Source: Halogeometricum borinquense DSM 11551
Lineage (GTDB): Archaea > Halobacteriota > Halobacteria > Halobacteriales > Haloferacaceae
Length of the DNA stretch: 32,000 nt
Reading direction: 5' to 3'
Assembly: GCF_000172995.2 (NCBI RefSeq)
Contig: NC_014729.1
Coordinates: forward strand, 1,920,001 to 1,952,000
The notes under the pieces were generated by a model, which was not told the origin of the DNA, did no database searches, and saw only the letters and a list, made by a program, of their open reading frames with translations. Position numbers and translations under genes: made by a program. Numbering within the stretch: the first letter of the stretch is position 1; each line of letters begins with the position of its first letter. Of this stretch, positions 1 to 8,785 are shown in pieces.

Positions 1-600
1 TCACTTATCGCTGTCTACATTCTGTGTACGTCCAAGTGAATGGAACTCGTCATTCGGTCGCATGTCCGCGAACATCGCCATGCGGTTCGAGAGATTGAAA
101 AAGGCCGTCACCGAGGCAATGTCCCACATCGCTTCCTCGGAATACCCCACCTCGGCGAGTCGGTCTAAGTCGTCTTCGGTGACTTCGCGCGGCGACTCGG
201 TGAGTTTCACGGCGACGTCGAGCATCGCCATCCGCTTTTCGGAGATGTCCGCCTGCCGGTAGTTGGCGACAAGTTGGTCTGCAAGCGTCGGGTCCTTCGC
301 GTAGATGCGGACGAGTGCGCCGTGGGCGACGTTGCAGTAGTAACAGTGATTGACGCCCGAGACGGCGACGACGATCATCTCTACTTCCTCTCTGTCGAGT
401 GCGGTGTCGTCTACGAGAGCGTCGTGGTAGTCGAAGAAGGCGCGGAAGTGACTCGGCTTGTACGCAAACGCCGCGAAGACGTTCGGCGTAAAGCCCGAGC
501 GTTCTGTCTCCTCCTCGATTCGCTCTCGCAGATCAGCGGGCAGTTCGTCTTCGTCCGGAACGGGGAATCGCGTCATCGCGTCGTCGTCTAGTTCGACCAT
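1..600 (-). CDS. AhpD-like / carboxymuconolactone decarboxylase-family peroxidase-related protein
   Basis: 199-aa ORF with stop at 1-3. VNHCYYCNVAHG motif (CxxC of the AhpD-like fold). Palindromic CTTAAG TATA-like box at 624-629 is centred ~27 nt upstream of the ATG at 598-600, suggesting a leaderless mRNA. Confidence 0.75.
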   Translation of the reverse strand: MVELDDDAMTRFPVPDEDELPADLRERIEEETERSGFTPNVFAAFAYKPSHFRAFFDYHDALVDDTALDREEVEMIVVAVSGVNHCYYCNVAHGALVRIYAKDPTLADQLVANYRQADISEKRMAMLDVAVKLTESPREVTEDDLDRLAEVGYSEEAMWDIASVTAFFNLSNRMAMFADMRPNDEFHSLGRTQNVDSDK

Positions 601-706
601 GGATTCGAATATCCTGGTCGATGCTTAAGGACTGCTCCGCGCACAAGTCGTCTCGAAAACCAAGACTGTGGGAAAGCGATTAACCCCAGTCGCTCGTCGT
701 ACCAGT

Positions 707-1570
707 ATGTACGAACGCATCCTCCTCCCAGTGGACGGTAGCACCGGTGCGAACGAAGTGCTGTATCACGCGGGCGAGATAGCGCAGTGGACCGGCGGGA
801 GCGTCCAACTGCTGTTCGTCGCAGATACGGCCCGCGACAGCGTTACGGTCGTCGAAAACGACGTGGTTGACGCACTCGAACAGGAAGGCAGCGAGATAGT
901 CGATGAGGCCGGAGAAGTGCTCGATTCGTTGGGCGTGGAGTACTCGACGGACGTAGTGCAGGGCGATCCGGTGCCGACGATTGTCGAGTACGCAGACCGG
1001 TACGACTACGACGTGGTTGTCATGCCGACGCGGGGTCGGCAAGGGCTGTCGCGCCAGTTACTCGGAAGCGTCACTGAGAAAGTCGTCCGTCTCTGCGAGC
1101 AACCGGTCCTCACTGCCCGTACCGGGACCGACAGAGCGCTGGCGTTCCCCTACGAGCGCATTGTTGTCCCGACAGACGGCAGTCCGGCGGCGACGCACGC
1201 CGCAGAACACGCAATCGACGTGGCGGCCGCGCTCGATGCGACAATTCACGTTCTCTCCGCCGTAGACGACTCGCTCCTCGGCTTCGATGTCCGCTCTGCA
1301 GTCTCGGAGGCCGAAGGTGAGAAAGCGGCAAACGAGGCAGTAGAGAACGTTGCTTCGTCGGCGGAATCGCGCGATGTGGATGTGGTCCGTCACGTCGAGC
1401 GCGGGTCGCCGCACGAGATGATTCTCGACTGCGTGGCGGAAAACGAGGCGGACGCAGTCGTGATGGGGACGACGGGCAAACGAGCGGTAGACCGGATCCT
1501 TCTCGGGAGCGTCGCCGAGAAGACCATTCGAACCTCGCCGGTTCCGGTCGTCAGTGTCCGTAACGTCTGA
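707..1570 (+). CDS. Universal stress protein, tandem UspA domains
   Basis: Two Usp-like halves: RILLPVDGS...VVMPTRGRQGLSRQLLGSVTEKV and RIVVPTDGS...VVMGTTGKRAVDRILLGSVAEKT. Start moved from GTG 668 to ATG 707, which lies ~26 nt downstream of ATTAAC (679-684). Confidence 0.85.
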   Translation: MYERILLPVDGSTGANEVLYHAGEIAQWTGGSVQLLFVADTARDSVTVVENDVVDALEQEGSEIVDEAGEVLDSLGVEYSTDVVQGDPVPTIVEYADRYDYDVVVMPTRGRQGLSRQLLGSVTEKVVRLCEQPVLTARTGTDRALAFPYERIVVPTDGSPAATHAAEHAIDVAAALDATIHVLSAVDDSLLGFDVRSAVSEAEGEKAANEAVENVASSAESRDVDVVRHVERGSPHEMILDCVAENEADAVVMGTTGKRAVDRILLGSVAEKTIRTSPVPVVSVRNV

Positions 1571-1584
1571 CGCCCCACTGCCAA

Positions 1585-2091
1585 TTACAGCGTGACCGCA
1601 AGATAGAGCGCGGCGGCGACGGCGAAGATACCGACGCCGAACAAGCCGTAGTTGGCGAGTTTGTTGTCCGCGCGCCACGCCGAAATCGTGTACTCGTAGC
1701 CCGAGAGCGGCCACAGGAAGTTCACACCCGCAGGGGTGAGAGCGTCGCCGAGGAGGTGCGCGAACACGGTGAGAAAGCCGACGAGAAACCCGAAGACAAC
1801 GACGCTCCCGTCTGCGATGGCGGCGAGTCCGATGTCATCGACGCCCGCCAACACCAATCCCTGCCCGACGAGAGCGAAGACGCCGCCGACGAGGCCGGCA
1901 AACGCCAGCGAGTGCGTCGGACCGCGATGCGGGATTCCGGGAATCCGATGGTCTACGTCCGGCAGCATCGCCAACCAGAGCATCACCACACCGACGACGA
2001 ACGCGAGGTCCGGGCGACCGAGGTGGATGAGGGCGAAGCCGACGGGCGCAAAGACGATGAGCGAAACGCCGTAGTGGCCCTGACGGAACAT
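1585..2091 (-). CDS. Membrane-bound metal-dependent hydrolase-like protein (DUF457/YdjM-type)
   Basis: 168-aa polytopic membrane ORF with LPDVDHRIPGIPHRGPTHS and AHLLGDALT histidine motifs typical of the family. Confidence 0.7.
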   Translation of the reverse strand: MFRQGHYGVSLIVFAPVGFALIHLGRPDLAFVVGVVMLWLAMLPDVDHRIPGIPHRGPTHSLAFAGLVGGVFALVGQGLVLAGVDDIGLAAIADGSVVVFGFLVGFLTVFAHLLGDALTPAGVNFLWPLSGYEYTISAWRADNKLANYGLFGVGIFAVAAALYLAVTL

Positions 2092-2185
2092 ATCTTCGTC
2101 TCCCAGCGGAACGCCGAAAAACCGATTGGTCCGAATCGACGGCGGGGCGGGAAACCGTTATCTTCCGACACGACCTGTCTTGTTC

Positions 2186-3343
2186 ATGTTCGCCCCACTC
2201 ACCGACGCGTTGGCGGGTCTCTCAGCTATCGAGGCCACCGTCGGTCTCCTCCTTGTCTCTCTTCTCGCCGCCGTCGCGTTGGAGTTCGTTGTTCTCCGTG
2301 CGGCGCGACGATACGTCGTTCACACCGATAGCACGTACGACGATATCGTTTTCTCGGAGTTGCGCCTCCCCTTGGTTGTTACCGCGGCGCTCACGGGTGT
2401 GTTGCTGCTCACCCAGGTCCCTGCGGTCAGGGATTCGACGGTGTTCTCCGCCCAACTGCTGCGGAACTTTTTCGGTCGTCCCTCGCTCTCGCTTATCGTC
2501 CTCGTCTGGGCGTACGCGGCTAACCGTGTCGTGAACCGGTTGGTTGAGGAAGTGAACGACCGAGGCGGGCGGTTCGACTTCGCGCCCGTCTTCTCGAACG
2601 TCTGGACGCTCGTCGTCCTTCTCGGCGGTGCAGCCACTCTGCTTTGGCTGTGGGAAATCGAGATAACGCCACTGCTCGGGGCGGCGGGCGTTGCGGGGAT
2701 TGCGGTCGGGTTCGCCGCCAAAGACACCGTCGCCAACTTCTTCGGCGGTATTGCACTGTACTTCGACGACACGTACAAACTGGGCGACTGCATCGTCCTC
2801 GACGACGGCACCTCCGGATCGGTCGTGAAGGTCGGTATCCGCTCGACGACGCTACTCACCCGCGACGAACTGATGGTAACCGTGCCGAACTCCGTCCTCA
2901 ATGCGGCGAAGATTACGAACGAGTCCGCGCCCCAGCGACGACGGCGTATCCGGGTTCCTCTCGGCGTCGCCTACGGAACGGATGTAGATGACTTCGAAGC
3001 ACTCGCTATCGAGGTCGCCGAAGCGGAGTCGTTGGTCCTCGATTCACCGAAACCGCGCATGCGATTCCGCCGGTTCGGTAGCTCCGCACTGGAGTACGAA
3101 CTGCTCTGCTGGGTTGCTGCACCGACGCGTCGCCGCCGCGCCCAACACGAACTGAACCGCGCGCTCTATATGGCAGTGACCGACGCCGAGATAGAGATTC
3201 CGTATCCGAAACGCGACGTAACGTTCTCGACGGCCGCATCCGAACCGGATGCTGGTAGCGTTGTCTCAGTGCGAGACGACGGGCACGTTAGAGCGGACGA
3301 GACTACTCGGGTGGAAGCAGAGAGACCGGGCGACACCGACTGA
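2186..3343 (+). CDS. Mechanosensitive ion channel, MscS family
   Basis: TM helices followed by FAAKDTVANFFGGIALYFDDTYKLGDCIVLDDGTSGSVVKVGIRSTTLLTRDELMVTVPNSVL, the MscS pore helix and beta-domain signature. ATG 2186 chosen over TTG 2126; GTTATC at 2158-2163 lies ~26 nt upstream. Confidence 0.85.
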   Translation: MFAPLTDALAGLSAIEATVGLLLVSLLAAVALEFVVLRAARRYVVHTDSTYDDIVFSELRLPLVVTAALTGVLLLTQVPAVRDSTVFSAQLLRNFFGRPSLSLIVLVWAYAANRVVNRLVEEVNDRGGRFDFAPVFSNVWTLVVLLGGAATLLWLWEIEITPLLGAAGVAGIAVGFAAKDTVANFFGGIALYFDDTYKLGDCIVLDDGTSGSVVKVGIRSTTLLTRDELMVTVPNSVLNAAKITNESAPQRRRRIRVPLGVAYGTDVDDFEALAIEVAEAESLVLDSPKPRMRFRRFGSSALEYELLCWVAAPTRRRRAQHELNRALYMAVTDAEIEIPYPKRDVTFSTAASEPDAGSVVSVRDDGHVRADETTRVEAERPGDTD

Positions 3344-3413
3344 GGCCGTCACCACGCGGTGACAGAGCGGACGTGACCCGAAGGGGTAACTCGCGGGCGT
3401 TCCAATCGGGCGT

Positions 3414-3635
3414 ATGGCCGCACTGCTCCAGACGGTCGTTGCCGAGTTCATTGACGGATTCGTTCGAGCGTACGGACCGTTCTCGATCCCGGTGCTGTTG
3501 TTCGCCGTCGGTGCAGTCGGCTACATTGTCCTCGTCGTACTCGGCCGCGCGGGTGTTGAAGCGCGTCACTCCAGGGGAGAGCAGATGCGACCAGGTACGG
3601 CATCGGAAACAGCCGACGACGACGAGCGGCGCTAA
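3414..3635 (+). CDS. Small hypothetical membrane protein
   Basis: 73-aa ORF with one clear TM helix (FSIPVLLFAVGAVGYIVLVVLG), an acidic tail and fairly high third-position GC. It conflicts with an overlapping minus-strand ORF, so the call is uncertain. Confidence 0.3.
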   Translation: MAALLQTVVAEFIDGFVRAYGPFSIPVLLFAVGAVGYIVLVVLGRAGVEARHSRGEQMRPGTASETADDDERR

Positions 3636-3794
3636 CTCAGTGCCACGGGGCCGAATCGGGATCGATGACGCGCCGACTTCCGCCTCGTTCTCGTACATCT
3701 TCGCGGTGTCGATTGCCGGCAGTTCGAGGTCCGTCATGACCTCGGAGACGGCAGGACCCGTCAACGCTGTGCGAAATCAGAGCGGGCGTCCGCG

Positions 3795-6266
3795 TTACTC
3801 CTCGACGACGATTGTCCCTTCCATGCCTGCGGCCTCGTGCGGGATGCAGTAGTAGGGGTGTTCGCCGGCCGTCTCGAACGTGTGAACGTACGCGGTTCCT
3901 TCCGTCAGGGCGCCTTTACCGTTGTCCCATCCCTCTTGTGTTGCCTTTTCGGAGTCAAACCCGCCGGAGGCCCAGTACGTGGCTCCGTCGGGCAGTTTCT
4001 CCTCGCGCGCGACGACGTTGTGTGCGTCGCCCGCAGCCCACTCGAAGGCGACCGTGTCGCCGACGGAGACGGTGAGTTCGCTCGGCTTGAACGCGGCCGC
4101 TTTCGCTTTCACGACGTGGTCGGCGTCGGCCTCGTCTGCCGGAACGATGTTCGGTCCGCCCGTGTACTCAGTCTCGCCGCTCTCGGTCTCCGCTTCACCG
4201 GACCCGCTGGATCCGGCGGGAGCGTTCTCGATAGCACCGGCGACGGCGAACTGGGCGGTCGTCGTCGCGTCGGCGTACGCGTTCAGCGCAACCGTGACCT
4301 CGGAACCGGATTCGAGCGCGTTCTTCAAGTCTCTGATTTTGGCCTCGAACGTCTCGTAAGCGCCTTTGTCAGCCTCTTCGAGCAGTTCGTGGACCGTTGC
4401 GCCCTCGAAGTATTGGAAGGCCGCCTGCACGATGCCCGCGGCAACGCCGGAGAGTTCACCGGACCCGCTCGCAACGACGGCGTAGATCGCATCGACCGCT
4501 TTCGTTTCGTACGCCGTCGCGGCAGCGAACACGTCGCCGCCGTCGTTCGCCGCCGAGCGAACGGCCGACAGTTCGGACTCGAACGACTCGTACAGGTCGT
4601 GGTCGGCGTGTTCAAGCGACTCGTGGAACCCGCCAGTGTCCTTCTCGAAGGCGGTGAACGCCGACTTGATGACGGACGCGGCGCGGTCGGATTGGCCGAG
4701 TGTAGCAAGCGCCGCGGCGTCGAAGGCGCGGGCGGCCATGAACGCGCTCTCGGCGGGGGCCGAGTACGCGGTTCCGATCATCGACTCGAACTCAACGAGC
4801 GTCGAAAGGACGCCCTCGTGGTGCTTGGTTACGGCCTCGTCGTCGCCGTTCTTGTAGGCCGTGATGAGCGCCGAGAGGTGTTCCTCCTCGAAGCGGTGGT
4901 AGATATCCTCGCTCGTCTCTTCGACCGTCTCGTGGAAGCCCGCTTCGTTCACCTCGAAGCGCTCGAACAGATGTTGGGCGATTTCGGCTGCGACATCGTT
5001 CTCGCCGCGCTGGTAGCGTTCGTTCGCGTCGGCGAAGCGAGCGCGGAAGAACGCGGATTCGAGGACGGCGCTCGCCTCGCCGCCGACGAGCGCTTCGATG
5101 CCCGCCAGAAGCGCCGCATCGATCGACTCGACGGCGGACGCTCTCGCCTCGGCGTCGCCGTTTTTGATGGCTTTCCGGAGGTCCGAGAGACCACCCTCGA
5201 AGGACTCGTAGGCGTCGTGGTCGGCTTCTTCGAGTGCCTCGTGCGCGCGAGCACCCTCGAAGTCGGCGAACACGTCCTTTGCCATCTTCTCCGCCGCGTC
5301 GGACTCACCACGAGCGGCCAACCAGTCGACGTCGTAGACGCGAGCGCGGTAGCGCGTCAGGGAAGCGGCGTGGGCGTACTCGGTTCCGGGGCCGCTCAAA
5401 TTGGCGACCGCGGCGGCGTCGAAGCCGACCGACTGAAGCGCAGCGAGTTCGGCCACACCGGCCACTTTCTCCGGCGCGAGTTCGTATCCCGCCGAAAGAG
5501 CGGCACCGAAGGCCTTCTCGGCCTGCGTCTTCGCGGCTTCGGCGTCGTCCTTTTCGGCGGCGGAGACGGCCGACTTCAGGCCCCCCTCGAACGCTTCGTA
5601 CAGTTCGCTGCTTGCTTCCTCGACCGCATCGTGAACGGACGCGTTCTCGAAGTCTTCGAGGACGGACTCGCCAACTGTCGCCGCCGCTTCGGTCGAGTCT
5701 GCGGCGGCGAGCATCGCCACGTCGCGGGTGCGGACGCCGTACAGCGCAATCGAGAGTGCGTCGATGACTGGACCATCGACGCGCCCGCGCTGTGCTGCGA
5801 GGAGGTTCTGGTCGGCCTGCGATGCCATGCTCCGGGCTTCGTCAATGGACCCCTCGGAGAGCGCAGACCGGAGACCGCCGAGGTGTTCCTCGAACGACTC
5901 GTAGTTCGACTCGTTCGTCGCTTCGAGTTGTTCGTGTGCCCCCCACTCCCCGGACGCACCCTCGAAACGTTTGAACGTCTGCTGTGCGACTCCGGCACCG
6001 GCGGTCGTCTTCCCGGCAACGCCGAGTGCGAGCGCGTCGTACAGTCGGGCGCGGTACGCGTTCCACTCCGCCGCGACGGCAACGGCGGCATCGACGGACA
6101 CCGACGTTTCGGTCTCGGCCGATTCGGTTTCGGCGTCTGTTCCCGTGCCAGCGGTCTCTGCTTCCGTCTCGGCAGATCCATCGGATTGCGTATTACAGCC
6201 AGCGAAGGTGGCGGTCGCCGCTGCGAGCGCACTAGCTTTGAGTAAATCTCGTCGAGTTCGTCGCAT
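3795..6266 (-). CDS. Tat-exported lipoprotein: six ~110-aa helical repeats plus a C-terminal type-1 copper (halocyanin/plastocyanin-like) domain
   Basis: 823-aa ORF. N-terminus MRRTRRDLLKASALAAATATFAGC has a twin-arginine motif and a lipobox Cys, followed by an acidic Thr/Glu linker. Six repeats each carry F-x-x-FE ... H-x3-E(E) ... YE-x-FE. The C-terminus AHNVV ... YYCIPHEAAGM matches the His/Cys/His/Met blue-copper ligand pattern. Confidence 0.85.
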   Translation of the reverse strand: MRRTRRDLLKASALAAATATFAGCNTQSDGSAETEAETAGTGTDAETESAETETSVSVDAAVAVAAEWNAYRARLYDALALGVAGKTTAGAGVAQQTFKRFEGASGEWGAHEQLEATNESNYESFEEHLGGLRSALSEGSIDEARSMASQADQNLLAAQRGRVDGPVIDALSIALYGVRTRDVAMLAAADSTEAAATVGESVLEDFENASVHDAVEEASSELYEAFEGGLKSAVSAAEKDDAEAAKTQAEKAFGAALSAGYELAPEKVAGVAELAALQSVGFDAAAVANLSGPGTEYAHAASLTRYRARVYDVDWLAARGESDAAEKMAKDVFADFEGARAHEALEEADHDAYESFEGGLSDLRKAIKNGDAEARASAVESIDAALLAGIEALVGGEASAVLESAFFRARFADANERYQRGENDVAAEIAQHLFERFEVNEAGFHETVEETSEDIYHRFEEEHLSALITAYKNGDDEAVTKHHEGVLSTLVEFESMIGTAYSAPAESAFMAARAFDAAALATLGQSDRAASVIKSAFTAFEKDTGGFHESLEHADHDLYESFESELSAVRSAANDGGDVFAAATAYETKAVDAIYAVVASGSGELSGVAAGIVQAAFQYFEGATVHELLEEADKGAYETFEAKIRDLKNALESGSEVTVALNAYADATTTAQFAVAGAIENAPAGSSGSGEAETESGETEYTGGPNIVPADEADADHVVKAKAAAFKPSELTVSVGDTVAFEWAAGDAHNVVAREEKLPDGATYWASGGFDSEKATQEGWDNGKGALTEGTAYVHTFETAGEHPYYCIPHEAAGMEGTIVVEE

Positions 6267-6268
6267 GC

Positions 6269-6321
6269 TTTAGGCTTACCTAAACAATACAAAAACACTT
6301 CGAAGTTTAGGCACACCTAAT
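6269..6321. promoter_or_regulatory. Twin palindromes TTTAGG-N4-CCTAA(A/T) bracketing the promoter of the copper-repeat lipoprotein gene
   Basis: TTTAGGCTTACCTAAA at 6269-6284 starts 3 nt upstream of ATG 6266. TTTAGGCACACCTAAT is at 6306-6321. A T-rich TATA-like tract (minus strand GTTTTTG, 6290-6296) lies between them, ~27 nt from the ATG. Confidence 0.4.
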
Positions 6322-6337
6322 TGAAACGTTCGGGTAC

Positions 6338-7918
6338 TTAATCTCCTTTCGTTCCGCGGTCGCTGACGAATCTGTCGTACGCAGACGCGAAGTCTTCGTC
6401 CGACTCGGCCGCATCTTCCCACTCGTTCAGGCCGCGTTCTTCTCGGGTTCCCTCTATCGTGTTGTCGAGAATGAACGCGAACAGACCGCCGACGGCCATG
6501 CCCGTCGAACCGATGACGTAGACGGTGTGAGAGACGACTTGCGTTCCAAGGACGGGACCGAGGAAGGCGACGCTCTGCATCCCGTCTTGAAGCGCTTTCG
6601 CGGACCCGACGTTACCCATGTACGTGGGGACGGCGAGTCCGACGAACAGGGTGACGCCGACGATGAAGATGTTCCGCGAGGAGTCTAAATCGACGTACTT
6701 CAGATTCGAGAGACCGACGGCGACGATCTGCCCGAACATGGCGATGTAGAGACCGCCGACGATGGGGTCGGGGATGGTGGCGACGAGTTGGCCGAAGTAA
6801 CCGACGAAACCGACGACCAACATGACGGCCGCACCGACTTGGACGACGTACCGCGAGGCGACGCCCGTCAGCCCGATTGCGCCGATGTTCTCGGAGTAGG
6901 AAGTCGAACCCGAACCACCCATGAGTCCCGAGAAGATGTTCATGACACCTTCCATGCCGATGCCGTGGTTGATACGCTTCTCCGAGGGCGCGCCGATACC
7001 GGACAGTCGCGCGACGGCGTGGTAGTCTCCGAGACTTTCGATCATCGACGCGCAGACGCCCGCGAGCATGCCGATGATGAACGACGAACTGAACTGCGGG
7101 ATCCCGAACGCCATATCGCCGACGAGTGGAAGACCGACGGTGAACGTGTTCGGACCGCCTGCAAAGCCCCACTGGAGGGGATAAATCGGCATGAAGGCGG
7201 GGGCGGCGAGAACCGATTCGAGGTCAACGTAGCCGGGCGCTCCGGGAGCGTAGACTCCCGTTATCGAGAGAGCGGCCGCAACGAGGTAGGCGGCGACGAT
7301 TCCGAGAAGGACGGGGAACAGTTGGAACACGCGGTGGGCGGTGTCGATGTACTGCGAGAAGATGACGATGAGGACGAGAGTCAACGCGAGGAGTGAGATG
7401 TTACCGTCTGCGGCAGTGACCTGTGGCGTGTTGAACAGCGAGAGACCGATGAGCGCAATAGTCGGAGCGATGACAACCGGGGAGAGGAACGAGCGGAGTT
7501 TGCCGAGAAGACCGAAGTAGCCGACGGCGACTTCGATCACCGCGGCGGCGACGATTGCCCCCTGTAACTGGAGGAGCGCCGCCTGCCACTCCGGCCCGGC
7601 CGGGTTGGACGCGGTGACGACGCCGACGACGGCAAGCGCAGGTGCGAGCATCGAGAACGGTGCGCCTTGGACGATGGGATAGCGATTCCCGAACGTCGTC
7701 TGCGCCAACGTGGCGATGCCGGAAACGACGAAGAACGTCCCGACAAATCGCGGAACGATACTGTCGGGCATGCCGAGTGCGCCCGCGAGGATGAGCGGGA
7801 CGGCGATATTCGCGCCGACCATCGTGAGATAATGTTGTACGCCGAGAAGAAGAGAGGTTCCGAGCGGTGGTTCGTCTTCGATACCGTACTCCACGAAGGA
7901 ATCGTCGGACTGACTCAT
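6338..7918 (-). CDS. Nucleobase (xanthine/uracil) permease, NCS2 / SLC23-like family
   Basis: About 526-aa polytopic membrane protein with motifs such as QHYLTMVGANIAVPLIL, FGNRYPIVQGAPFS and SYSENIGAIGLTGVASRY. ATG 7918 (MSQSDD) chosen over TTG 7966. Confidence 0.85.
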   Translation of the reverse strand: MSQSDDSFVEYGIEDEPPLGTSLLLGVQHYLTMVGANIAVPLILAGALGMPDSIVPRFVGTFFVVSGIATLAQTTFGNRYPIVQGAPFSMLAPALAVVGVVTASNPAGPEWQAALLQLQGAIVAAAVIEVAVGYFGLLGKLRSFLSPVVIAPTIALIGLSLFNTPQVTAADGNISLLALTLVLIVIFSQYIDTAHRVFQLFPVLLGIVAAYLVAAALSITGVYAPGAPGYVDLESVLAAPAFMPIYPLQWGFAGGPNTFTVGLPLVGDMAFGIPQFSSSFIIGMLAGVCASMIESLGDYHAVARLSGIGAPSEKRINHGIGMEGVMNIFSGLMGGSGSTSYSENIGAIGLTGVASRYVVQVGAAVMLVVGFVGYFGQLVATIPDPIVGGLYIAMFGQIVAVGLSNLKYVDLDSSRNIFIVGVTLFVGLAVPTYMGNVGSAKALQDGMQSVAFLGPVLGTQVVSHTVYVIGSTGMAVGGLFAFILDNTIEGTREERGLNEWEDAAESDEDFASAYDRFVSDRGTKGD

Positions 7919-8241
7919 GAGATATCGCCGTCCATGTTCGTCGTTCGGGTCCGTTCCGACGCACAAATATCCCTCGTTGTCGCCCAGTTAGAGTTAGTAA
8001 ATCGACACCTTTCTCGGACGCGTTCGCGGAAATGGACGCGGTACCCCTGCGACTCGTGACGGCAGCGACATCACTGCCGCAGCGGCCGTTCGCGAACGGC
8101 AGGCATCACGCGGTATCTAGCGATTCACGGGCGTGGTGGCGTCTAACGACCCACGGATGTGGTGACACCGAATTTATCGGTGTCTCCGTGTTCGCCGGTG
8201 CAGTCGAGCGAAGTGACTGAGGCCGTTCCCGTTCTCTCCGC

Positions 8242-8724
8242 TCAGTTCTCAGCGACGGCGTTAACCGGCGAGATCCAGATGACGAGTTCGCCATCGCGCT
8301 TGATGACGCCCTCGATGGAGTCGTCTTTCTCTAACGGGGGTTCCTCGATTTCGTCCATCGAGACGCGGACGACTTGGTACACTTCGTCTACGAGCCACCC
8401 GATAGCGGCGTCGTCTTCGAACTTGTTCGAATCGAAGATGACGATACGCTTGGACTCGCCGTCGGCGGCATCGACGTTCAACAACGCCTTCGGGTTAACG
8501 ATGGACGTGGTTCGACCGCGCAGGTCCATCACGCCATCGACGTAGTCGGGGGCGTTCGGGACGGCAGTCAACGAACCTTTGTCCACGATTTCGGAGACGT
8601 ATTCGATATCGACGCAGTACGTCTCGTCCCCGAGTTTGAACTCCAGTACTTGTATCTCTCGAACGGACTCCTCGTCGGACTCGTCCGTGTTGGGTACGGC
8701 AGCAGTTTGTGGTTCCTGCGACAT
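8242..8724 (-). CDS. cheW: Chemotaxis coupling protein CheW
   Basis: Single CheW-like domain: QVLEFKLGDETYCVDIEYVSEIV ... VPNAPDYVDGVMDLRGRTTSIVN. ATG 8724 preferred; GTG 8754 is an alternative start. Confidence 0.9.
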   Translation of the reverse strand: MSQEPQTAAVPNTDESDEESVREIQVLEFKLGDETYCVDIEYVSEIVDKGSLTAVPNAPDYVDGVMDLRGRTTSIVNPKALLNVDAADGESKRIVIFDSNKFEDDAAIGWLVDEVYQVVRVSMDEIEEPPLEKDDSIEGVIKRDGELVIWISPVNAVAEN

Positions 8725-8785
8725 GGTGTATCTCCCGTGACGCACGAGCGTCACCGGCTTATCAGAATTCTCGCGTCAAATCGTG

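Noticed and set aside
3303-3764. 153-aa minus-strand ORF downstream of the lipoprotein gene
   Set aside because: Only the first ~40 codons (MTDLELPAIDTAKMYENEAEV ...) look coding. The rest is Cys/Arg-rich and overlaps the more plausible small membrane ORF at 3414-3635. A short real peptide or gene remnant in 3636-3737 cannot be excluded.
3837-6245. 802-aa ORF on the + strand
   Set aside because: It lies entirely antisense to the 823-aa lipoprotein gene. The product is Arg/Gly/Val-rich with no motifs, a typical shadow ORF of a GC-rich gene; the minus-strand product has a Tat signal, repeats and copper ligands.
8164-8184. Perfect 8-bp hairpin GACACCGA-ATTTA-TCGGTGTC ~60 nt downstream of the cheW stop
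   Set aside because: It could be a terminator, but no U-tract follows it on the cheW (minus) strand, and archaeal termination relies mainly on U-runs. Not enough evidence to call it.
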